DNA of 20,998 bases from a bacterium (GCA_046757025.1 JBHHXN010000088.1:1-20998), one strand, 5' to 3'. Numbered from the stretch's first letter, positions 8,214 through 17,275 are shown. Notes: generated by a model from the sequence alone, not told the origin. A program made the numbers and translations.

Positions 8214-9050
8214 ATGCCAAATTCAGTCTTGAAATTCCGAGATGGATTTAACGATACATCGCCTCATCAGCGCGATGAGGTTAAAAGGTTACAAAAAGCC
8301 CTGCAAAAAGCCGGTTTCGATGTGGCAGCGGACGGCCTGTTTGGTCAAGGCACGCAAAACGCCGTGCGCAGTTTTCAATCGCAGCACAGTCTGGAGGCCG
8401 ACGGAGTGGTGGGCAGCCAAACCTGGCAGGCGCTTACCGGCGCAGACGAGGCGTCTAATAATGGCGGCGCTTCCGCCTCGCTGGATGGCTTCCGGGGCAA
8501 TTTGAGCTGGATTCATGCACGTGAAGGGCATGCCGGAAAAGCTTACTGGCCCGGCGGCGCTTCCGGCGTCACTTTCGACCCCGGGGTGGATTTGGGACAC
8601 GCCCGTCCGGAAATGATCAAAACCGCTTACAAAGATTTTTTAAATTCCGAACAAATGACCGCCGCAGAAACGGTTTTCGGCATTAAAGGGAAAGATGCTA
8701 AATCCGCTTTGGAAGGGAATGCCGTACTGCAAACCATTCGCATAAACCGAGAGCAAGCAGACGCCGTTTTTCCGTTGGTGATCGAACCCTACTGGCAGGC
8801 CATTTCAAATCGTTTTCCTGCTCTGGCGGATTCCGACACGCTGCCTTCGGTGCAGACCGCTTTGCTTTCTATTGCCTACAACCGCGGGGCTCGCAACCAG
8901 GCGCTGGAGGGACTCAATCAGCCCCTTGCCAGCAAAAACTGGGCACAGGTTGCAGATGTCATCGGCGCCATGCAGCAAGACCACCGGCTGGAAGGCATCC
9001 GTAAACGTCGCAGAATGGAAGCTGATTTGATCCGAAATGAGCTGGCATAA
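8214..9050 (+). CDS. Peptidoglycan-binding domain + pesticin C-terminal-like muramidase
   Basis: N-terminal PG_binding_1 (VKRLQKAL...DGLFG..T..AVRSFQ..HSLEADGVVGSQTWQAL); catalytic-type motifs IHAREG and SGVTFDPGVDLG; VQTALLS.AYNRG and RRR.EADLI. GGAGG (8202-8206) favours ATG at 8214; no signal peptide seen. Confidence 0.85.
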   Translation: MPNSVLKFRDGFNDTSPHQRDEVKRLQKALQKAGFDVAADGLFGQGTQNAVRSFQSQHSLEADGVVGSQTWQALTGADEASNNGGASASLDGFRGNLSWIHAREGHAGKAYWPGGASGVTFDPGVDLGHARPEMIKTAYKDFLNSEQMTAAETVFGIKGKDAKSALEGNAVLQTIRINREQADAVFPLVIEPYWQAISNRFPALADSDTLPSVQTALLSIAYNRGARNQALEGLNQPLASKNWAQVADVIGAMQQDHRLEGIRKRRRMEADLIRNELA

Positions 9051-9386
9051 AACTGGATAGAAAGACCTTTTTCTGGCAATTTGATTTGCTCTGAAAAACT
9101 CCGGGTGCGAACCGATACTCTGCATTCATCCACCTGACCCAACTCTCTTACCTTTACCCTGCTTGATTGAGGTATGGCAGCTCGGTGAAATGCGAGAGAC
9201 CGGATGCCGTTCTGAATGTCAACTGTAAGTGATGAAATTGAAAAAATTCGGTTACACCCCGACTTCCCTCGAGGTGACGGGAATTAATCATAAGACAAAT
9301 CTGAAAATTGCATCCGAAACGATTAATTTCTACTCGCCTTTGGTAAAGAAAAATACTTCACAAAAAGATAAAATGCGGAGGACAAT

Positions 9387-9950
9387 ATGAACAATGACCA
9401 TTCTGTTGTTGAAGCAAAAACTGCTGACAAAGCGGTAAAAAAGACGCCGGCCGCAGCAAACGCAATCGGTTCGCCAACAAATGGCAAAATCCTGGAAGTT
9501 AAAATTGATTTCATAAAAAAAGAAATAGAAAGCGCTATCCGGAAATTCAACAAAAAACAAAGACGCAACAGCAAATTCGGCTACATTGTGAAAATGCTGG
9601 CGTTGACTTTTTCGGCCATCGTCACCATCCTTCTGGGATTGAATCTGGAGCCGGCGACGATCTTCAAAAACATCGCTCTGGTGATTTCAGCTTGCACCGG
9701 TGTAGTTGCCGGCATCTCGGCCTTCTTCGATTTTAACGAGCTGTCCATTAAATACAAAGACACCGTTGACAAACTGGAGCTGCTCAAGGTAAAGTTGAAT
9801 TACATCGAGCTGGACAGAGACCACGTGGATTTCGCCACCATCGACAAAATTAAGGACAATTATCTGCGGGTACTGCAACAAACACATGAGTATTTTCAAT
9901 CTGTGCGGAAAGATCAAGGAGCACAGACAAAGACCAGCACGGATCAGTAG
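9387..9950 (+). CDS. SLATT/DUF4231-like two-TM protein
   Basis: Basic helix, two adjacent TM helices (MLALTFSAIVTILLGL; IALVISACTGVVAGISAFF), then F.EL..KY.....LE.LK helical tail. GGAGG RBS upstream. Confidence 0.72.
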   Translation: MNNDHSVVEAKTADKAVKKTPAAANAIGSPTNGKILEVKIDFIKKEIESAIRKFNKKQRRNSKFGYIVKMLALTFSAIVTILLGLNLEPATIFKNIALVISACTGVVAGISAFFDFNELSIKYKDTVDKLELLKVKLNYIELDRDHVDFATIDKIKDNYLRVLQQTHEYFQSVRKDQGAQTKTSTDQ

Positions 9951-10003
9951 GTTCCTTATTCCGTTTGTTGTACACATTTTTTGAATAATTTGGAGTGTTT
10001 ACC

Positions 10004-12103
10004 ATGACACGTCGCATGACACTTATTTTGCTTTGCCTGGCTGGAAGGTTTTTTGCCGAACTCTGGCCGGCAGCACAGCCCCAACTGTTTGCGCAACCGG
10101 TTTTGAGAAAAGTTGAAACGGTGGAAAAAGCCCGGGCCGGCGAAAAAATCTGGCTCACTTTGAAGGGGCTAAATTTTCAACATGTGAATCGTATCGACTC
10201 GGTCAAAATTGGCGATTTGCATACTGAAGTCATGTCTTTCAGAAAAGAATCCGACAGACAGCTTAGCGTGCAGATTTTGATTCCTGAAGATGCTGAGCCG
10301 GGTCGTCACAAAATCGCCATTCTGGTTTCAGGCGAAATGTTCGAAGGTTGGTTGAATGCCCCCTCCCCGTTTGCTTCTGCCGGGCCGCAAATGGAGGTCT
10401 TTATGGGCATCCAATTGTTGCAGTCCGGCAACTCGCAGAGCCTCGTGTTTGAGGAAACGACGGTGGGTTCCCCTGTTAGCAAACGGTTCAGAATCGACAA
10501 TATCGGTGCGGAGCCTTTGCTCCTGAACCGGCCGGAGATTCCAGCAGGTTTTCGCCTGATGGGGTCGTTTCCCGAACAAATTGGCTCAGGAAGCAGTGCT
10601 TTTTTTTATATTCAGATGGCGGCCCAATCCGAGGGACGTTTTGAAGGAATATTTCGCTTTTCAAACAACGATGAAAATGCCCGGCTTTTTCAAATACCAT
10701 TATCCGGCTCAGTGAAGGCGGCTGCTGTTGCGCAAAGTCCGCGGCCGGTTTTACAATCCGTTGAGACCGTTCGTGTGCGAGCGGGCGCCGTCGGGGAGAT
10801 CACTTTACGAGGCAGCCATTTGCGGGCGGTGGAAAAAGTAGAAGCCGTGCAAATCGGCTCCATGCAGGCAGAGGTGCTGCAATACACGACCCCGTCGGAT
10901 GAGGTCATGCGCGTGCAAGTGCGCGTTCCCAGCGAAATGATAGCGGGACACCAGGAAGTCGCGCTGCAGGTCTCCGGAAGCGGTTTTCGATTCTGGCTGA
11001 AACCCGAGGGTTCCCAAATCACCGATCGAACTCACGAGAATAGGCCGCTACCCGGCATCGACGTACTGCCATCGGCTTCCGTGCGCCCTCAACAAAGCAA
11101 TCCTCCAATATTGTTTCATGTCACGGCCCCCGCCACTGACTCCGTGGAGGTCATTTGGCTCGCGCTGCACGGAAGCCACTTTCTGCCTTCTCATCGAATT
11201 ACGAGCGTTGAAATTGGCGGACGAGAGTTTCCGGTACACATTTCTGTCGTAGAATCCGCTGATCTGATTCGAGTTCAAATTCATGGTGCCGAAAAGTTGC
11301 CAGGGGGTGAGCAGGCGTTTGCAGCTCTGTTCCAAGGTGCGGAATTTGAAGCCTGGCTAAGGCCCACTCGGGAAGCAACGGTGCAACTGCCCAGCCTTGA
11401 AAATGCCCCATTCGGCAACATTTTTGAAACGGTTGCTGGTCGCGGTCGGAGTTTGATTCGGACAGTGCGAGCCATCCTGCCAGTCAAAATTGCGGCGTCT
11501 GAGTCCTGGTGGTGGCTGCCCATCGCCGCAGTCGCCTTGCTGCTGGTGGCGGTGCCCGGTACTGCCGTAGCGATAAGAAAACGCGGTGTTCATCTGAATA
11601 AATCTCAGCAGCCGACATCCTCAAATGCACCGGTCGTTCAATTTAAACCCAAAAAAAATCTGGGTTCGCAGCTCATCAAAGAAAGTCAGCCGATTAAAGT
11701 CCTTTTTGAGCTGCGCGTAAAACCGCTGCTGGATGTCGGAAAAGTAAAAATGCAGCACCAGGGATCCTTGATTGCACAGGAAAAATCTAAAAAAATAAAG
11801 CCCCTAAAGGCAGTTGCGAAAACGAAACCAAAGCCGCAATCCGCCGATGATTTAAAACGCATCGAAGGCATTGGTCATAAAATTTCCGGGCTGCTGCAAG
11901 GGTCGAAAATCCAGACTTTTGCCCAGTTATCTGCAACCGATGTGGCCCGACTACACGAAATCTTAAAACAAGCCGGCATCACCATCGCCGACCCCGCTTC
12001 CTGGCCGCAACAGGCAAAATTGGCGGCAGCGGGTAAATGGCAGGAGCTCGACAAACTACAGGCAAAACTCAAAGGCGGGCGCTACGTAACTGCCGTTTCT
12101 TAA
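10004..12103 (+). CDS. Membrane-anchored Ig-like repeat protein with C-terminal helix-hairpin-helix (DUF4332-like) domain
   Basis: Signal-like N-terminus; three ~90-aa internal beta repeats; a choice-of-anchor-D/ASH-like Ig domain (F.ETTVG.PVSK.F.I.N.G...L...SNND....IPLSG); TM helix WWWLPIAAVALLLVAV..RKR; C-terminal DDLKRIEGIG.KI...FAQL...DP.SWP.QAKLAA.GKW...LKGGR. GGAG at 9992-9995 favours ATG at 10004. Confidence 0.75.
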   Translation: MTRRMTLILLCLAGRFFAELWPAAQPQLFAQPVLRKVETVEKARAGEKIWLTLKGLNFQHVNRIDSVKIGDLHTEVMSFRKESDRQLSVQILIPEDAEPGRHKIAILVSGEMFEGWLNAPSPFASAGPQMEVFMGIQLLQSGNSQSLVFEETTVGSPVSKRFRIDNIGAEPLLLNRPEIPAGFRLMGSFPEQIGSGSSAFFYIQMAAQSEGRFEGIFRFSNNDENARLFQIPLSGSVKAAAVAQSPRPVLQSVETVRVRAGAVGEITLRGSHLRAVEKVEAVQIGSMQAEVLQYTTPSDEVMRVQVRVPSEMIAGHQEVALQVSGSGFRFWLKPEGSQITDRTHENRPLPGIDVLPSASVRPQQSNPPILFHVTAPATDSVEVIWLALHGSHFLPSHRITSVEIGGREFPVHISVVESADLIRVQIHGAEKLPGGEQAFAALFQGAEFEAWLRPTREATVQLPSLENAPFGNIFETVAGRGRSLIRTVRAILPVKIAASESWWWLPIAAVALLLVAVPGTAVAIRKRGVHLNKSQQPTSSNAPVVQFKPKKNLGSQLIKESQPIKVLFELRVKPLLDVGKVKMQHQGSLIAQEKSKKIKPLKAVAKTKPKPQSADDLKRIEGIGHKISGLLQGSKIQTFAQLSATDVARLHEILKQAGITIADPASWPQQAKLAAAGKWQELDKLQAKLKGGRYVTAVS

Positions 12104-12160
12104 AAAATTTTCAGCACAAGTAAACTCATTTTAACAACTCATCCCGAAAAGGAATTTGTC

Positions 12161-12790
12161 ATGACCAATAGCCTCACTTCGTTGAATCAATTTTTTGTCA
12201 TCGATGACCTCTCAAAAAAGCAAGTATCGCAATTAACCCAATCCCGCGGTTTCGAGGCCATCAAACAGAAGTGGTCCAAAAAATTAAAAGGCGTGCCCGT
12301 CAGCAAAGGCCTCGTTGAACAGTTGGTAAGGCCGCTCAGCGATTTACTGAATGTAGATTTACGGGCGATTCTGGTTGGCGCCTGGAGTCAATCCAATGAG
12401 CTGGCAAAATTTCTTGACCCGGAAAAATATCCACCAGGGGAAACACAGATCGTTTCTTTAACCGAGCACACACTGACCTCCACGCACCAGCCGGTTTTGA
12501 AACCGTATATCAACAAAGTGGCGCTGGGACAAATCAAATTCAACGTGCTTCTGGAGCTTACCCTCAAAGGCGCGAATTTAAAAATTCAGGATGGCAAAAT
12601 TATGGAAGCCACCCTGGGTTCCTGTCAGGGCCATGGTTCGGTAAAATATGAGGATTATGCTCTAATTGAAAAAGAGCTGCAGGAGCTCACTTTACCCGGC
12701 ACCATCAAACTCGGAGACGGCATTCCTTTAAAGCACCCGCTCAAGGACGTGCATCAGTTTGTGAGCAATTTAAAAGAAGCATCCTTTTAA
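12161..12790 (+). CDS. Hypothetical protein (soluble; helical N-terminus, beta-rich C-terminus)
   Basis: 209-aa ORF with AAGGA RBS, co-directional with the upstream gene and followed by a hairpin; no functional motif recognised. Confidence 0.8.
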   Translation: MTNSLTSLNQFFVIDDLSKKQVSQLTQSRGFEAIKQKWSKKLKGVPVSKGLVEQLVRPLSDLLNVDLRAILVGAWSQSNELAKFLDPEKYPPGETQIVSLTEHTLTSTHQPVLKPYINKVALGQIKFNVLLELTLKGANLKIQDGKIMEATLGSCQGHGSVKYEDYALIEKELQELTLPGTIKLGDGIPLKHPLKDVHQFVSNLKEASF

Positions 12791-12797
12791 ACCGCGC

Positions 12798-12838
12798 CAA
12801 TGGCTCAAACACAGTTTGAATCTGTGATTGAGCCATTG
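12798..12838. terminator. Hairpin between convergent operons, possible bidirectional terminator
   Basis: caatggctcaa (12798-12808) pairs perfectly with ttgagccattg (12828-12838); inner stem cacag/ctgtg. Lies between stops at 12790 (+) and 12855 (-); no clear U-tract. Confidence 0.6.
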
Positions 12839-12854
12839 CCCGATTTGGCGACGC

Positions 12855-13532
12855 CTACTCCAGATACGATTTGCGGCGGACAAAAATGTACAAGCTATAG
12901 CCGGATAGCCACACAGCCGTGAGGTTTATCAGCAGCACGCCGGCTCCGGAAAAATACAACTGTACAAAGGCGTGGCGATCGATTAAAAAAGACCGGCTAA
13001 ACAGCCCCAGAAAATCCATATAAGAATACAGCAAAAAATAACCAGCAAACCCCATCAAAAACCAGACGGCGTGCAACACAATCCGATCCTTTTGCCGCAA
13101 GAAACAGCTTTTCAAGTCGTGATAAATACTAAAGCCGGCGTACCCGAGAAGAATTAACCCGTTGATAGGCAGCAACGCCCAGAACACATTTACACCTGGC
13201 ACAGTCGGTTCGACCAGCAGCAAACTCGCAAAAAACAACCCCACTATGCTCAGCCAGTACACCACCGTGAATATCAGCCGCAACAGACCGATCTGGAAAG
13301 TTGTCAGCGGTATCCGCAAATGATAACGTATCCGTTTGTTTTTGGTTTTTTCAAATTCCCCACTGAAACGGCCAAAAAGCGTGGCAGCCCACAGCGCGAT
13401 GGAGATATCCCGCACAAAATGTTCTGGCTTACCCCATACTGCCACGATGGCAAATAAAGTGACGTAAAGAAGATATCCCAGAACAAGATAAATTTTATTG
13501 TAATTGATTTCGGCCCTCAAAAGGTTCCACAT
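12855..13532 (-). CDS. Multi-TM membrane protein, putative ABC-2-type permease; paralog 7 of the array
   Basis: MWNLLRAEINY start, KNKRIR...IP...RL motif, HDL motif and RRKSYLE end; about 6 hydrophobic helices. Confidence 0.85.
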   Translation of the reverse strand: MWNLLRAEINYNKIYLVLGYLLYVTLFAIVAVWGKPEHFVRDISIALWAATLFGRFSGEFEKTKNKRIRYHLRIPLTTFQIGLLRLIFTVVYWLSIVGLFFASLLLVEPTVPGVNVFWALLPINGLILLGYAGFSIYHDLKSCFLRQKDRIVLHAVWFLMGFAGYFLLYSYMDFLGLFSRSFLIDRHAFVQLYFSGAGVLLINLTAVWLSGYSLYIFVRRKSYLE

Positions 13533-13597
13533 TTTTTATCGCCTTTAACTACATCAATTGTTTTTATTAAACCAAATGGCAGCCATCCAGTTTTCCT

Positions 13598-14908
13598 TCA
13601 TTTATAGCGAAGCCATTTAACGGCTTCTTTGACAGACGGTTTTTTACCGTACATCAAAATACCCACGCGATAAATTTTCGCTACGAACCAGATCATAATG
13701 ACGATGGAGATCATCATCGTAAAAGGCGATAAAATGGCGCCCGAAGGAAGAATGGGATCGCTCACGGCAATTCTGGCAAACATCACCATGGGAGTAAAAA
13801 ACGGCACCAGCGACACCCAGAATGCCATGGTGGTATCGGGATTTTTGATCACCGTGAACATAATAAAATAACCGATAATCACTAAAAAAATGAGCGGCAT
13901 CTGGTACTGCTGCCCTTCGTCGTCGGTGCTGACGATGGCGCCCACTGCAGCAAACAAGGTCGAGAAGAAAACGAAACCCATCAAAAAGAACAGGATGAGA
14001 AACGCAAACACCACGGGTGAAAAATGAATCTGTCGAATCATTTCCAGAAAAGCCGGCGCGGTCACTCCAAATTTCACAAACAAAGGCTCGCCATACTGCA
14101 CAGCAAAATAAATAAACACACTGATAATGGTTAGCTGAGTGAGCCCAAGGGCGCAGATGCCGATGATTTTGCCCACCATGAGCTCCACGGGTTTCAGAGA
14201 CGCTACGATGGTTTCGGTGATGCGCTGGCTCTTTTCTTCGATGACGCTGCGCATCATGGTCTGGCCGTAAATCATGATCATGAGCAGCAATATGTAGGTC
14301 AGAATGTAGGTGAGGGCAAAGCTCGAAACCCCGCTTTTTTTAATTTCACCCGTTTCCGTAACCTGACTGCTCACCAGCTTGACGCGTCCCAGGGACATCT
14401 CCTGGCGTACTTTCTCGGCTGAGAGTCCCATGTTTTCTAACCGGTAATTAACCACAATGCGCGACAAGGCGTTTCGCAGGTCGCGCTGCTCGTCAAAATC
14501 GCTGACGCTGCGGGCAGAATATTTCACCTGGCGGCTATCCACGATATCGTGTGGAATCACCAGATAGCCGTGTATCTTTTTTTGCCGCACCAAATCCTGA
14601 TAATCCGACATGGCGGTTTCTAGTTCATCATCGGGTACTATTTTTTGGGTGAAGGTATATTTTGGTTGGCCGTTTTTTAACGTATCCGGGAGCATTCGCA
14701 CAAATTCGCTGAAAATGCGACCGGTTTGATCCACGACAAAGTAGTGGCGTGTGGAGGGTTGAAAAAACTTTGCAAAAATAAAAATGCCGGCAAAAACAAA
14801 AACCAGAATCAAAGGGAACAACATGGTGCCGATGATAAATCCTTTGGTTCGCACCCGTGTGACGTATTCCCGACTGATGACCGCTAATATTTTTTTATTC
14901 ATTTCCAT
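13598..14908 (-). CDS. ABC transporter permease, NatB/YhaP-like
   Basis: KILAVISREY.TRVRTKGFII, large extracytoplasmic domain, IYGQ..MRSVIEEKSQRI.E, GKIIG, S.VPFFTP.VM..R and AKIYRVGILMYGKKP. Confidence 0.92.
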   Translation of the reverse strand: MEMNKKILAVISREYVTRVRTKGFIIGTMLFPLILVFVFAGIFIFAKFFQPSTRHYFVVDQTGRIFSEFVRMLPDTLKNGQPKYTFTQKIVPDDELETAMSDYQDLVRQKKIHGYLVIPHDIVDSRQVKYSARSVSDFDEQRDLRNALSRIVVNYRLENMGLSAEKVRQEMSLGRVKLVSSQVTETGEIKKSGVSSFALTYILTYILLLMIMIYGQTMMRSVIEEKSQRITETIVASLKPVELMVGKIIGICALGLTQLTIISVFIYFAVQYGEPLFVKFGVTAPAFLEMIRQIHFSPVVFAFLILFFLMGFVFFSTLFAAVGAIVSTDDEGQQYQMPLIFLVIIGYFIMFTVIKNPDTTMAFWVSLVPFFTPMVMFARIAVSDPILPSGAILSPFTMMISIVIMIWFVAKIYRVGILMYGKKPSVKEAVKWLRYK

Positions 14909-15827
14909 TGGCTCCCGAGTTAGTTTGATTCACCGATTCAATAAAAATCTCATTCAATGAAGGCTCCTTGATTTCAAATTTATGAATGATTGCAGACTGC
15001 ATGGCTTCTCGTAAAAGCTGCTGGGTGTCGGCATTTTCTGTTAATTCCACCTCAGCCGTATTGCCAAATTTGTCTGCTTTTTTAATTTGCCGCGACTGAC
15101 TCAAAAACGCATCGCTGCCGTCAAACTCAATGAGCACATGATGGCTGCCGAAACCGGCTTTGACATCGCTCAATTTACCTGACAACACTTTCTGTCCGTT
15201 ATTTATGAGAAATATGTCTTCGCACAGTTTTTCAGCGCTCTCCATAACGTGCGTTGAAAAAATGAGGGTGGTACCGTCGGCTTTGAGCTCAAGCATAGCA
15301 TCTTTGATGAGATTGGTGTTGATGGGATCGAGACCACCGAAGGGCTCATCTAAAATCAACAACTTTGGGCGGTGCAGCACCGTTCCGATATACTGTATTT
15401 TCTGCTGCATACCCTTGGAAAGCTCTTCGATCTTTTTGCTTTTCCAGGCCATCAGTTCAAATTTTTCCAGCCACAAGTCGATTTGCTTTTTCGCCTCCGA
15501 CCTTTCCATAGATTTCAGTCTGGCCAGAAACAGCAGCAGTTCCCCCACTTTCATTTTGCGGTAAAGGCCTCTTTCTTCCGGTAGATAGCCCACGTGGTCA
15601 TTTGCGCTCACCGGATTCGAATCGCCTAAAACAGCGATTTGTCCGCTATCCGGAATGATGATGTTCATGATCATGCGGAGAGTGGTGGTTTTGCCCGCGC
15701 CGTTGGGACCGATTAGACCGAAAATTGTGCCTGCTTCGATGGCAAAAGACACTTCATCCACAGCTTTAAAATCTCCAAAACTTTTACAGATCTTTTCAAC
15801 TTCGAGTACTTTCATATTTACACTCAT
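14895..15827 (-). CDS. ABC transporter ATP-binding protein, NatA/YhaQ-like with C-terminal DUF4162-type domain
   Basis: GPNGAGKTT, GYLPEERGLY, LSKGMQQK, LILDEPF.GLDP.N, STH and EPSLNEIF. Alternative start at 15815. Confidence 0.95.
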   Translation of the reverse strand: MSVNMKVLEVEKICKSFGDFKAVDEVSFAIEAGTIFGLIGPNGAGKTTTLRMIMNIIIPDSGQIAVLGDSNPVSANDHVGYLPEERGLYRKMKVGELLLFLARLKSMERSEAKKQIDLWLEKFELMAWKSKKIEELSKGMQQKIQYIGTVLHRPKLLILDEPFGGLDPINTNLIKDAMLELKADGTTLIFSTHVMESAEKLCEDIFLINNGQKVLSGKLSDVKAGFGSHHVLIEFDGSDAFLSQSRQIKKADKFGNTAEVELTENADTQQLLREAMQSAIIHKFEIKEPSLNEIFIESVNQTNSGANGNE

Positions 15828-15944
15828 CCATTTTAATGGTTAAAATATAAAGCCAACTGTTCTACGCTTTTTTACGCCTTTCTTGATTATTCATTCAAAT
15901 AAAATTTTACGCCGAGCAAGCTACAGCCTCCTTTGCCGAGCGCA

Positions 15945-16571
15945 TTAATCGATGTAAGATTTTCGTGTTTCGAACGTTTTTACAGCGGGATACAATAGTA
16001 CTATGCCGGCCCCTAAACACATAACTCGAATAATCTTTCCAGTTGTCTCCCAAACGGAAGCCAGCCCCAGTGGAATTCCCAGCAGGATAGTCGAGATCAA
16101 AATGATAAATATCACCAGATCGAATTCGACACTATTAAATTTATTCAACCATGAATGCAGCAAATCCAACAGCACAAAATAAATAGAGCAGCCAAACAGA
16201 ATCAAACCCAAAAACATTAAAAGATCATAAATATCGTGCTGCCATCTCGGACTGACATTTTTAAGAAAAAAATACAGTAAAAAATAAATGCCAAAATACC
16301 ACACACAGGGTAAAAGAAACAACAGCAATCGCGATACCGCGAGTTGACGAATAGAAATGGGCAAAATCACCACTTGCCGGTTGCGTTTCTCAATAATCCA
16401 GAAAATCACCAATTGTAAAATTGTGGCAATGGTGAGAGGAAAGACCATAGTGTTGACGCCGGCGGTTTCGCTGATGCGAAAATAAAACAGCATACCCGGA
16501 ATGATTATCGCTAAAACTAAAACGATGTTTTTATAAACATACAACAGTTCGGCTTTTAAGATACGCCACAT
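15945..16571 (-). CDS. Multi-TM membrane protein, putative ABC-2-type permease; paralog 6
   Basis: MWRILKAELLY start, EKRNR...LPIS...RL, LDL and RKSYID end; GGAG RBS upstream. Confidence 0.85.
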   Translation of the reverse strand: MWRILKAELLYVYKNIVLVLAIIIPGMLFYFRISETAGVNTMVFPLTIATILQLVIFWIIEKRNRQVVILPISIRQLAVSRLLLFLLPCVWYFGIYFLLYFFLKNVSPRWQHDIYDLLMFLGLILFGCSIYFVLLDLLHSWLNKFNSVEFDLVIFIILISTILLGIPLGLASVWETTGKIIRVMCLGAGIVLLYPAVKTFETRKSYID

Positions 16572-16582
16572 AAATATTACTC

Positions 16583-17275
16583 CTATTCAAGGTATGATCT
16601 ACGTTGATTAAAAATATAAAGATTTGAGAGTGTTAAGCCTGCACCAGTTAGTAGAAAAAATAATGATCCCAGCGGCTTCCAGGCAAAATGATCAAAGTAC
16701 ATTTTTAGCTGAGCAACAGGTTCAAGCGGGTTAAATGGGAAATAACGTGAAATTGCTGATACGCTAAAGAAAAGCGTAACCGACATCAGGACGACCACAT
16801 AAATGGCAGTTAAAATGAGCAACTGATATTTTCCTGTCAAATAAAATCTTAAATCGCGGTGAATAAAAGGAAAAGCATTGGCTGCCATCATGAGACCCGT
16901 TACCGACAACAGATACCAAACGATAGAAACATGAATGGCTTGCGGTCGAATAATTGTCAGAGCAATCCAGAAAATGCCTGACGAGGCCAGCCAAAAAGTA
17001 AGGATGAATAACAGTCGCATCCAGGCAATGTTCTGGAGTGACTGCGGTAACTGAATATAGACGCGGTCGGATTTTTCCTTTATCATTCTGAGTATTCTAA
17101 AAAACAATATTACGATATTCGTAGTCACCATAATGGTGCTCAACCCGGGAACATCCCGGTTGACCGATGTCCATCCCCAGCGCAGAACGCCAATGGCCGC
17201 GAAGAGAACAAACAAAATTCCCAGCAGGAGACCCAACTTCTGGTATTCAATTTCTGACTTTAGTAGCTTCCACAT
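16583..17275 (-). CDS. Multi-TM membrane protein, putative ABC-2-type permease; paralog 5
   Basis: Start reassigned to MWKLLKSEIEY (ATG at 17275) by homology with the neighbours; EKSDR...LPQS...RL, RDL and RRSYLE end. Confidence 0.85.
   Translation of the reverse strand: MWKLLKSEIEYQKLGLLLGILFVLFAAIGVLRWGWTSVNRDVPGLSTIMVTTNIVILFFRILRMIKEKSDRVYIQLPQSLQNIAWMRLLFILTFWLASSGIFWIALTIIRPQAIHVSIVWYLLSVTGLMMAANAFPFIHRDLRFYLTGKYQLLILTAIYVVVLMSVTLFFSVSAISRYFPFNPLEPVAQLKMYFDHFAWKPLGSLFFLLTGAGLTLSNLYIFNQRRSYLE

Noticed and set aside
8214..9950. Prophage lysis cassette
   Set aside because: No structural, terminase, integrase or spanin genes nearby.
13554..13586. 10-codon minus-strand ORF (MAAIWFNKNN) with AGGA upstream, between the NatB-like gene and paralog 7
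   Set aside because: Too short to distinguish from chance; no similarity to the array start motif.
15870..15941. Short direct repeats ttttacgcc (x2) and gccgagc (x2)
   Set aside because: Short, irregularly spaced and compatible with chance.
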